Shown: piece by piece, positions 1 to 8,800 of the stretch
Layout: each line of letters opens with the position of its first letter
Numbering within the stretch: the stretch's first letter is position 1
From: Gallionella sp.
Lineage (GTDB): Bacteria; Pseudomonadota; Gammaproteobacteria; Burkholderiales; Gallionellaceae
Reading direction: 5' to 3'
NCBI GenBank assembly: GCA_041671725.1
Contig: JBAZAY010000007.1
Span: forward strand, 7,253-71,252
DNA: 64,000 nt
Notes under the pieces: generated by a model
Databases searched by the model: none
Seen by the model: only the letters and a program-made list of their open reading frames with translations
What the model was told of the DNA's origin: nothing
Program-made: the position numbers and the translations under genes

Positions 1-528
1 TACGCCGCGATAAACCTCGAGTAACTCTACCGGAATGAAATCGTGCGCCAGCAGGTACTCGACCGGCTCGACGCCAAAGCTCTGAATGTCCAGCGCAGGG
101 CGATGTTGATAAGATTCCAGGCTACCTACCGCATGGATGCGCCCGATGAACCGGCCCATCCATTCCAGCGTATCGCGATTATCCAGCTCCGGCGCACGAC
201 CGCCCTGTTTACAGAAAACGGAAAACCGGAAACCGTTATATTCGTGCAGCGTGCGGCCGTTGATAGCCAGCGCGGGCACCACCGGAATCTCACGTTCGGC
301 CAGCATTGCAACAAACGCGTGTTCTTCCAGAATTGCCGCATTCGTCCAGCGTTCCGGGCGATAGAACTTGGCAACCAAGGGCTGCCCATCCTCCATACCC
401 GCCTGATAAACGCGATTCTCGTAACTGTTCAGCGCCAGCAGACGACCGTCACTGCTGCGGCCGATGCTGTCCAGCGCATCCAGCACGGAGTCGGGAGTGA
501 GTAAACTAAAAGGATGTTGAGTGTGCAT
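1..528 (-). CDS. srkA: Stress-response Ser/Thr kinase, SrkA/YihE (RdoA) family. Only the N-terminal 176 codons are present; the 3' end lies beyond the window edge.
   Basis: Absent from the ORF track because there is no stop in the window. Manual minus-strand translation from ATG 528-526 gives MHTQHPFSLLTPDSVLDALDSIGRSSDGRLLALNSYENRVYQAGMEDGQPLVAKFYRPERW..., and the frame stays open to position 1. LNSYENRVY and AKFYRPxRW are typical of the YihE/SrkA N-terminus. Confidence 0.75.
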   Translation of the reverse strand, partial: MHTQHPFSLLTPDSVLDALDSIGRSSDGRLLALNSYENRVYQAGMEDGQPLVAKFYRPERWTNAAILEEHAFVAMLAEREIPVVPALAINGRTLHEYNGFRFSVFCKQGGRAPELDNRDTLEWMGRFIGRIHAVGSLESYQHRPALDIQSFGVEPVEYLLAHDFIPVELLEVYRGV

Positions 529-780
529 GGGCGGCATTGTACGGCAAGCCATGAATCAGCAGGCAGTACAAAACGTCATAAAAGAATTGGACAAGGTCAA
601 CAAGGAACTGGAAAACGGCGCTAGGCCGGTTTACTATCCCGCCCGACGAACAGATGTCGCAGCATTATGAAATTCTGTTCAGCAGCTTCCCGGCAAAAGC
701 ATCACGCCAATTGATTGTTTCCTTCGACCGGAATGAGTAAGCGTTTCAACAGGCAATTACGATATAGCCCAGGGATCACC

Positions 781-2886
781 ATGCCACATCACATATTCGA
801 AGACGTAAAAGCAATGCAGGAACTGGTTGATGTTTTGCCGATTGCAATTTTTATCAAAAACGCCAAAAGCCAGTTTCAGCTGATGAATAAGGCTTGCGAA
901 GAACAATGGGGAATGTGTTTCTCAGACCTACACGGAACGGACGCCAGTCAATTTTTCCCGCCAGACCAGATGGAGTGGTTCCTCGCCAAGGATAGAGAAA
1001 TTTTCATCGGTGGAAGTCAGGTTGATTTTGAAGAATCGTTCTGGAATGCGACACTTGGGCAAAACCGCATCGGCCACACTTTCAAGAAGCCAATTTATGA
1101 TGCCGCTGGAAATCCCCTTTATTTGATCTGCTTAACGATCGATATCACCGATAGAAAAAAGACTAATCAAGAATTGCGCTTGAATGAAGAAAAACTTCGC
1201 GCAATGTTTGATATGTCTCCGCTGGGTATGGTAAGAAATTCCATGGACGGTGCCTTTATTGAAGCCAATAATTCCCTGTTGAATATTGTCGGTTATTCGC
1301 TGCAGGAGCTGAATCGTCTCAGTTACTGGGATCTGACACCGGATTGCTACGCAGAACAGGAGCAGCAGCAACTGGAGTCGCTCAGAACAAGTGGCAAATA
1401 TGGGCCTTATGAAAAGGAATACATCAACAACCGTGGTCAACGCGTTCCGGTTCGCCTGAACGGAGTCCAAATCACCGGGAGCGATGGCGAAAAATTCATC
1501 TGGTCAATTATTGAAGACATTACCGAACGCAAGGGTGCAGAACAACAAATTCACCAGCTCGCTTTCTTCGATCCGCTCACTGACTTACCTAACCGCCGAC
1601 TGTTGATGGATCGTTTACGCCAGGCACTCTCGGCAAGCGTACGCAATGGACAGCATGGTGCGGTAATCTTCATCGATCTTGATAACTTCAAGACGCTTAA
1701 TGACAGACATGGGCATGATGTCGGCGATTTGCTGCTACTCGAAGTCGCCAGACGCCTGAAAACCTGTGTGCGCGAAGGCGATACCGTAGCCCGACTTGGG
1801 GGCGATGAATTTGTCGTCGTACTGGAAACACTCAGTGTCAATCTGGATGACGCGGCCACACAAGCTGAACTCGTTACAGAGGAAATACAATCAAGCTTAA
1901 ATCAGACCTATCAGCTTAAAGAATACTTGCATTACAGCACGTCCAGCATCGGCATTGTCCTGTTCAGGGGGCATCAGGAAAGCATTGAAAATATAATCAG
2001 GCATGCAGATACGGCCATGTATCAAGCCAAGGCTGCGGGGCGCAATGCAATCCGGTTCTATGACCCGGAGATGCAGGCTGCAATAGAATTGCGTGCCGAA
2101 CTTGAAAATGAGTTGCGTCAGGCACTCGACAAGCAGCAATTCCGCCTGTTTTATCAAATTCAGGTCGACAGCATACGGCGTTCATTAGGTGCGGAGGTGC
2201 TGATACGCTGGGTACATCCTGAACGTGGACTGGTATCCCCCGCTCAATTCATCCCGCTTGCCGAAGAAACCGGACTCATCGTGCCGATAGGGCTATGGGT
2301 ACTGCAAACCGCAGCCGCACAGCTCAAAACCTGGCAGCAGAACCCGCTGACGCGTGATCTGACGTTAGCGGTCAATGTCAGTGCCCGGCAATTTCAGCTG
2401 CCCAACTTCCATAGCCAGGTACAACAAATACTATTGACAAGTGGCGCTGATCCGACCCGACTAAAACTTGAATTAACCGAAGGGACCGTCCTGGAACAGA
2501 TTGAAGAATCAACTGCCAAGATGCACGATCTAAAAAAACTGGGCGTACGTTTTTCCATGGATGATTTTGGCACCGGCTATTCCTCTCTGGCTTATCTGAC
2601 GCAACTGCCGCTCGATCAACTGAAAATCGACCAGTCATTTGTACGAAACATCGGCGTAAAACCTACCGATGCGGTGATCGCGCAAACCATCATCGGCATG
2701 GCTAACAATCTGGGCATGGAAGTCATAGCAGAAGGTGTGGAGACAGAGGCGCAATGTGCTTTTCTGGAACAAAATGGCTGTTCGTTGTATCAGGGATATC
2801 TATTCGGCAAGCCGGTACCGCTGGCAGAGTTTGAGGAAAAATTGTCGGTTTACGTCCCGGTTTATACGGCGGATAGTCAGGCCTGA
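781..2886 (+). CDS. PAS-PAS-GGDEF-EAL signalling protein (diguanylate cyclase/phosphodiesterase)
   Basis: Two PAS-like segments are followed by RxxD (REGD) and an intact GGDEF (ARLGGDEFVVVL). The EAL domain motifs are EVLIRW, ELTEG, DDFGTGYSSL, KIDQSF and QGYLFGKP. The ORF opens at TTG 715. I prefer ATG 781 (AGGGA upstream); ATG 733 is also possible. Confidence 0.9.
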   Translation: MPHHIFEDVKAMQELVDVLPIAIFIKNAKSQFQLMNKACEEQWGMCFSDLHGTDASQFFPPDQMEWFLAKDREIFIGGSQVDFEESFWNATLGQNRIGHTFKKPIYDAAGNPLYLICLTIDITDRKKTNQELRLNEEKLRAMFDMSPLGMVRNSMDGAFIEANNSLLNIVGYSLQELNRLSYWDLTPDCYAEQEQQQLESLRTSGKYGPYEKEYINNRGQRVPVRLNGVQITGSDGEKFIWSIIEDITERKGAEQQIHQLAFFDPLTDLPNRRLLMDRLRQALSASVRNGQHGAVIFIDLDNFKTLNDRHGHDVGDLLLLEVARRLKTCVREGDTVARLGGDEFVVVLETLSVNLDDAATQAELVTEEIQSSLNQTYQLKEYLHYSTSSIGIVLFRGHQESIENIIRHADTAMYQAKAAGRNAIRFYDPEMQAAIELRAELENELRQALDKQQFRLFYQIQVDSIRRSLGAEVLIRWVHPERGLVSPAQFIPLAEETGLIVPIGLWVLQTAAAQLKTWQQNPLTRDLTLAVNVSARQFQLPNFHSQVQQILLTSGADPTRLKLELTEGTVLEQIEESTAKMHDLKKLGVRFSMDDFGTGYSSLAYLTQLPLDQLKIDQSFVRNIGVKPTDAVIAQTIIGMANNLGMEVIAEGVETEAQCAFLEQNGCSLYQGYLFGKPVPLAEFEEKLSVYVPVYTADSQA

Positions 2887-2986
2887 ACGCACTCCCGACT
2901 TGCGGTCCATCCACCTGCCGCCGGTTCATTCTTTGCCGGGTCAGTGTATAATTCGCGGTACTGTCCATATTCCAAGGAAATAAATC

Positions 2987-4180
2987 GTGTCCCTGTCCAA
3001 ACGCGTCCAAGCCATCAAACCGTCCCCTACTCTTGCCGTTTCGGCACGTGCCGCAAAACTCAAGGCGGAAGGCAAAGACATCATCGGGCTGGGAACGGGC
3101 GAGCCGGATTTCGACACGCCGCAGCACATCAAGGATGCCGCCATAGTGGCCATCACTGCGGGATTCACCAAATACACCGCCGTCGGCGGCACCCCCTCAC
3201 TGAAGGCCGCAATCATCGCCAAGTTTAAACGCGATAACGGCCTGGATTACACGCCCAAGCAAATTCTGGTTTCCTGCGGCGGCAAACAAAGTTTCTTCAA
3301 TCTGGCACTGGCCGTGATTGATCCCGGTGATGAGGTCATCATTCCTGCGCCCTACTGGGTTTCGTATCCGGACATTGTGATCATCGCCGAAGGTAAGCCG
3401 GTCATCGTCCAGGCTGACATCGCACAAGGCTTCAAGCTGACACCTGAACAACTGACGGCTGCCATCACCCCGAAAACCAAGCTGGTTGTGATCAACAGCC
3501 CGAGCAATCCTTCCGGCGCGGTGTACACGCTGGAGGATCTTAAGGCGCTGGGCGAGGTACTGCGCTTACATCCGAATATCCTGATCGCCACCGACGACAT
3601 GTACGAGCATGTCGCGCTGACCGATGACAAGTTCGTCAATATTCTGGATGCCTGCCCGGATCTTTATCCGCGCACCATGGTGCTGAACGGCGTATCCAAG
3701 GCGTATGCGATGACCGGCTGGCGCATCGGCTATGCAGCAGGACCTGAATACATTATCACTGCGATGGAAAACGTGCAGTCGCAAAGCACCTCCAACCCGA
3801 CTTCCATTTCACAGGCGGCGGCAGAAGCGGCGCTGAACGGCGATCAGGGCTGCATCGCGCCTATGGTTAAAGCCTTCCGTGAGCGCCACGTGTTTGTGGT
3901 GAACGAGCTGAACAAGATTCCTGGCCTCTCCTGCATCATGGCGGGCGGCGCATTCTATGCATTTCCGGATGCACGCAAAGCGATCGCTACGCTGCATCAA
4001 AAAGGCATCATTGCGGATGCCACCGACATCGCCCTGTCCGAATACTTGCTGGTGGAAGCAGGCGTGGCCGTCGTACCCGGCTCGGCATTCGGCAGCGAAG
4101 GTTACATCCGCCTGTCATTCGCCACTTCGATGGACAACCTCACCAAAGCACTGCAACGCATCGCGAAGGCGCTGGCGTAA
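2987..4180 (+). CDS. Class I PLP-dependent aminotransferase (aspartate aminotransferase type)
   Basis: 397 aa. GTG start with AAGGA 9 nt upstream. GLGTGEPDFDTP and the PLP-lysine motif SKAYAMTGWRIGY are present. Length and layout are typical of bacterial AAT. Confidence 0.9.
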   Translation: MSLSKRVQAIKPSPTLAVSARAAKLKAEGKDIIGLGTGEPDFDTPQHIKDAAIVAITAGFTKYTAVGGTPSLKAAIIAKFKRDNGLDYTPKQILVSCGGKQSFFNLALAVIDPGDEVIIPAPYWVSYPDIVIIAEGKPVIVQADIAQGFKLTPEQLTAAITPKTKLVVINSPSNPSGAVYTLEDLKALGEVLRLHPNILIATDDMYEHVALTDDKFVNILDACPDLYPRTMVLNGVSKAYAMTGWRIGYAAGPEYIITAMENVQSQSTSNPTSISQAAAEAALNGDQGCIAPMVKAFRERHVFVVNELNKIPGLSCIMAGGAFYAFPDARKAIATLHQKGIIADATDIALSEYLLVEAGVAVVPGSAFGSEGYIRLSFATSMDNLTKALQRIAKALA

Positions 4181-4201
4181 TTCACTCGCAACTATTCGCA
4201 T

Positions 4202-4249
4202 AAGTAGCGGCCTATACGCAACTGCATATAAGCCGCTACTTGCTTTTTC
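4202..4249 (+). terminator. Rho-independent terminator of the aminotransferase gene
   Basis: 10-bp stem AAGTAGCGGC (4202-4211) / GCCGCTACTT (4232-4241), followed by TGCTTTTT. Confidence 0.75.
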
Positions 4250-4281
4250 CCCTCCTCAGGTAGTTCACGCATAATCCTGAA

Positions 4282-4509
4282 AACCGCAGTTCAAGCCACA
4301 GAGTTCACAGAGAACACAGAGAGTTACATTGGTTTTCACTTTTTGTTGACTCACCCAAACGTTGATTGGAAAACTTGTTATAACAAGTTGTTTTACGAGT
4401 TTTTGCCCACAGGGCAAAATCCCTGCGAGAGGCGATTGTGAGTTGATGAGCGCAGGGCATCATCCCTGCTTACCCCGCTTTACTCGGTGATCTCGGTGTT
4501 CTCTGTGGC
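4282..4509. repeat. Family-A miniature inverted-repeat element, full-length copy A1 (about 228 bp)
   Basis: Termini are AACCGCAGTTCAAGCCACAGAGTTCACAGAGAACACAGAGAG and, inverted, CTCGGTGATCTCGGTGTTCTCTGTGGC. The interior has two GCAGGGAT..CCCTGC / TTGCCCACAGGGCAA hairpin modules. It is the near-identical reverse complement of 57753-58011. Confidence 0.9.
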
Positions 4510-4726
4510 CAAATGTTTTTTAGGGTAAACAATTCCACTGACTGTTTTCGGGTGCCCGATGCTCAGCCCCGTACCAACCTCAGAACACCAGCAAGCCATT
4601 CAAATTGACTGCAGCACTGCACCCGGGATCAGCGATGCCATCACGCTGTGTGGTATACAGCAAAAAGAAAATCTGATACATATGCACACAGGTCGTTCCT
4701 GCCTCAATTTCAAGCTCGGAGGAAAT

Positions 4727-5137
4727 ATGAAGACAACGGATAGTAACGAGTTCCGCCATTTCTCGCGCATCCCTTTCCATGCGGATGTGCGACTGAATTT
4801 TTATCTGACGGATGAAGTTCAAACGCCCCACTTACTGGACATCTCGCTGAAAGGCGCACTGGTTCAAACTGAGCATCCCATCGTCAACTCTTTCAAGGGA
4901 GAGCGTTGCCGCATGACGCTTTTACTGGGTGAGGATGGTGAAAATATCACCATGGAAGGCAAGGTGATTCATCAGGAAGGGCAACTCTTGGGCATCGAAT
5001 GCCAGCATATCGATCTGGACAGCATGACCAACCTCAGGCGACTGGTTGAGTTAAATACCGGTGATGAAAAACTGCTGCAAAGGGAACTGGGCGAAATGTT
5101 GAAAATGGCTGCGGCTGATGCCAAGCCTGAATTGTAA
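4727..5137 (+). CDS. Stand-alone PilZ-domain protein (predicted c-di-GMP receptor)
   Basis: RxxxR (RHFSR) and DxSxxG (DISLKGA) motifs are present. ATG 4727 is preceded by GGAGGA. The upstream extension to 4559 given in the ORF track lacks an RBS. Confidence 0.8.
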   Translation: MKTTDSNEFRHFSRIPFHADVRLNFYLTDEVQTPHLLDISLKGALVQTEHPIVNSFKGERCRMTLLLGEDGENITMEGKVIHQEGQLLGIECQHIDLDSMTNLRRLVELNTGDEKLLQRELGEMLKMAAADAKPEL

Positions 5138-5337
5138 CAATCGCAATTTGAACCGTGCCTGTCACCCCAATCGCGGCCGTCATCCCGGCCGGTGCTGTTC
5201 CTGGTAACGCGGTACATACTCGCAGCTGTACGATGAATGACCGGTGAATTATTTATCACAGCGAGGAAGTGGTATTGAACCACCCTGAATTTGCTAACAT
5301 ACGCCGGTAGAAATCTTCCCTATAACAGGAGAGCGGC

Positions 5338-5631
5338 ATGACTCGAAAATTGATAATTGCGATATTGTTCAATTGGTTAGTAAATCCCGCTGCTGCCAGT
5401 GCACAACCGGATATTAACGTTACCCACGGTGAACTGCTGTATTCAACGCATTGCATCGCCTGTCACAGCGCTGAAATTCATTGGCGCGACAAACGGCTCG
5501 CCACAGACTGGATCAGCCTGAAAGCACAGGTGCGCCGCTGGCAAAAGACTGCAGGACTCGGGTGGCGTGAGAATGAAATTACATTGGTTGCGCATTACCT
5601 GAATACTATCCACTACCACTATCCTGAGTAA
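5338..5631 (+). CDS. Small monohaem c-type cytochrome, secreted
   Basis: 97 aa with an N-terminal signal peptide (..NPAAASAQ) and a single CxxCH haem-binding motif (CIACH). AGGAGA RBS. Confidence 0.75.
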   Translation: MTRKLIIAILFNWLVNPAAASAQPDINVTHGELLYSTHCIACHSAEIHWRDKRLATDWISLKAQVRRWQKTAGLGWRENEITLVAHYLNTIHYHYPE

Positions 5632-5721
5632 GCTTACAGATTCGGATGTATCTGTAACGGACATTCACGAGGGTCTGCGTCTAAACCACTGCAGGCCACT
5701 CGGCCAAGGCATCAAGTGAGG

Positions 5722-5760
5722 TCACAGAGTTATCTCCCTGTGGGCGATAACTCGCAAAAT
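5722..5760. repeat. Degenerate fragment of the family-A element
   Basis: TCACAGAGTTATCTCCCTGTGGGCGATAACTCGCAAAA carries one CACAGAG word plus the CCCTNTGGGC..AACTCGCAAAA module seen inside A1 and A2. Confidence 0.6.
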
Positions 5761-5821
5761 ACGATTGCCTGGTGCCTGATTATGCGGATAGATCGCTATT
5801 GGCCTTAGACTCACCAGATAG

Positions 5822-8800
5822 CTAGTGCGCGACATGCACAGAGGGACTTTCGGTAGTTCCACCCACTTGCAGTGCAACCGCCCCCGCACGCATCGTCAGA
5901 TCAGCCGAAATACTCCCTGACAACGCCTGACGGTTGATTATCAGTGTGCCACCCGCTTTCACTACGGCAGCGTTCATCTTAAGCTGACTGAACCGATAGC
6001 TGTCGTTGGCGTAAGACAACTCACCACTCAACTCGTCGAAGTGCGTTCGCCCCCCCGGCAAACTTTCCCTGCTGCGCAAACGGGTAGTTTCAACGATATC
6101 TACGCCATTGATGATGCCCTTTTTGACGCTGAAAACGCCATTGAGCACCGCCGCATCGGCAAGTTTAGCCAGATTAGCCGCCTGCATCTGGAAACGTGCC
6201 GTGCCATCCAGATCACCGGTGAGCAACTTGTTGATGTTCTGCAACGGGATCACTTTGGCGACCAGCGCCCCCTGCACGCGCCAACCGCTGCGCCAGTTTA
6301 TGCGCGCGTCCCCGGTCAGCACCCCACCCCGGACCCGACTATCCAGTTCGGTAATGCGCAACTCGTCGCGGCTCAACTCACCCACCGCCTTCAGCTCCTC
6401 AAATATCCAATTCGGCAATAACGGCAACGCACTGTCACGCAACGTCATGGTCAGCGCAAGCTTCTGCTCCGGCGTAGCACGAATTTCCAGCGCCAACTTA
6501 TGCCCGTTGGCATTCAAACTGGCTTGAGTAAACTTACCCGCAGCATCGAAATCAAGTTCGCCGTCCACATCCGAAAACTGTATACCGTCCGCATCCAATT
6601 GCACCTGAGTCAAGGCGATATGCCGGATCGGATACCGAGGATCGGCGGCCGTCTGTTGCAGCCAGCCTGACACCTGCATCAAGGCAGCGCCATTAACCTG
6701 CACACCATCCAACTCGATACTGGCTATGGACTTTACTGAACCGAACAGGGCAGGAAAGGCGAAATTCACTTGCGCCTGCCGTGCCTGGATCTGCTTCTCC
6801 TCACCGATATAGACATCGCTCAGCAGCAGATGCGGCGTTGGCAATATCCGCCCGGACAGATGCCCGACATGCACCGGTTGCTGCAATTTCGCACCCAGCA
6901 CCTGTTCGATACTTGCCACATAGCCCTGCGTAGGCAGCACGAGGGGAACAACAAATAATGCGACCACGAGCAAAGCCGCCAATCCCGCAGCCAGCTTGCC
7001 CCACGACACAGGCTTGCGGCGCGGTCGTGCCACTGACTTTTCGACCGGCACTGCATCAAGAGGCTGCTGAAAGGCCTGTTTAGGGACGCTTTCCGCCTTT
7101 TGACGAGCGAGTTCCGCCGCCCGCAACTCCGCTTCCTGCCACTTTTTAGCCTGCGCATCGGCCAACTGTCTGGCTTCTGCATCCGAATACTGAGGAGCTG
7201 CTTCCTCGGCTTCGCGGACTGCCTCTACCCGATTGACAGGCTCGACACTGGTATCTTCCTGCCGAATGCTCGCCACATCCTTGAAAAGTTGATTGGCTTC
7301 CCCCGATAGCAGAGGCTCTGCCGGGATTGGCATTTCTGGCTCATCCGGCTGCGATAAAGCCGCATCAAAATGCTCAAAACTGAAGGCCCCCAAATTATTG
7401 GATGGCTCAGGTGCCTGCACGGACTCATCCGTATCAGCGCACAACAACTCGTAAACCTGATGTTCACGTCCGTGCTTGTCCTGTTGCCCACCGCGATAGC
7501 GGAACAAGTCTTGGTACTCGTCGCTAAGATTCGCGACAAATTCAAAAAAAGCACGGGAAACATAAATTTGATCTTTGCCTGCAAAACTCATCACACGTTG
7601 CGCGCTGTTGATGCCATCGCCCAGCATGTTGATCTGGCCATTCATATCCTTGACCAGGCTGACGGGGCCGAGATGTATGCCGATACGTACGCGTAAATCC
7701 GGGTAGTCAAAATGCTTGTTTGCCAACAGGCTCGCGCGAAAATGTATCGCTGATTCCAGCGCATCCGTCGGATGTTGCAAAAATCCAATCGCAGCACCGT
7801 CGCCCGTATCCAGAATAATCCGCTCTCCTGCATCAAGCGAGGCCAGACTGTTAGTTACCAATTGGTTGAACTGTTGCTTCAGCTCGAGCTGTCTGCTGTC
7901 AGGCTGCTTGGTGTAACCCACGATATCGAAGAACAACACTGCCGCCGTGGTTGTCCTTCTCTCCACCACGGGAACGCCATTGTTTCCTCCCCGGCTGTCG
8001 CAACCTTTCACCGCTGGAGTGACTTGCCGTCTTTCCGTCACGGTGGTACCCGGCGAATCACTACGCGGCACCCACTCACGTGTTGCCGCAGCTGCCGCTG
8101 CCTGCTGTTTCGTCAATTCGTCCAGCGCCGAAAAAACACTTTCCTCCTCTGCGGCATGTTTTGCATTCAGCCTGACCACAGCAGCCAACATTTGGGCGTT
8201 TGTTTGCACCTCCTCGTGTTGCTGCGTATCCGCCGCCATCAACATCACATCATCAATCAGACGCGTAGCAGCTTCAACGTGTGCGCTCTCACTGGCTTTA
8301 AGTCGCTCTGTTTCCTGTTCCGCCTTGACACGCTCAGCGAGTTCGCGGGCGCCGCGTTCGGCTTGCAGTTTATCCGCCGCCACTTGCTCTGCCGCCCTTA
8401 TTCTCGCGGCCTCCTGCTCGGCAAGCTCACGTGCCGCTTCGGCTCGCCTGCGATCGTCCTCTTCCCGTACACGAGCTTCTGCGACGCGCTGCTCAACTTC
8501 TTGCCGTACGCGGGCGACCTCCTGTTCGGCTTTGACACGCGCAGCTTCAGCTTCTCGTTTTGCCTGCACCTCTGCGTCGCGATGCGCACGTGCTTCAGCC
8601 TCTGCGTGAGCCTTTAAGGCAGCAACTTCAGCTTCCAGCTTATTCTTCTCTTCCGCCACCGCTCTTGCTTGAGCGTCCGCCTCAGCCTTGACTTGAGCCG
8701 CATGCTGTTCTGCCCTGCGGGCGGTCGCCGCGACTTCGCTGGCATGACGCGCCGCCTCTGCTCGTTCACGAGCTTGTGCCTCGGCCGCTTCCTGCTCGGC

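Noticed and set aside
43-504. 153-aa plus-strand ORF, and other ORFs at 126-500, at the left edge of the window
   Set aside because: They lie antisense to, or out of frame with, a minus-strand reading frame that is open from 528 to position 1. That frame translates to a clearly recognisable SrkA/YihE kinase N-terminus. The listed ORFs have no motifs.
551-670. Unlisted 39-codon ORF (MNQQAVQNVIKELDKVNKELENGARPVYYPARRTDVAAL) in the srkA / GGDEF-EAL intergenic region
   Set aside because: It has no convincing RBS and no recognisable family, and it is below any length at which I can support coding potential by eye.
4559-4726. N-terminal extension of the PilZ ORF
   Set aside because: The extension has no RBS and begins just after the family-A repeat. 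ATG 4727 has a GGAGGA RBS and yields a typical stand-alone PilZ length.
5634-5657. 8-bp hairpin (TTACAGAT / ATCTGTAA) after the cytochrome c gene as a terminator
   Set aside because: The stem is short and AT-rich with no U-tract, so it is too weak to call.
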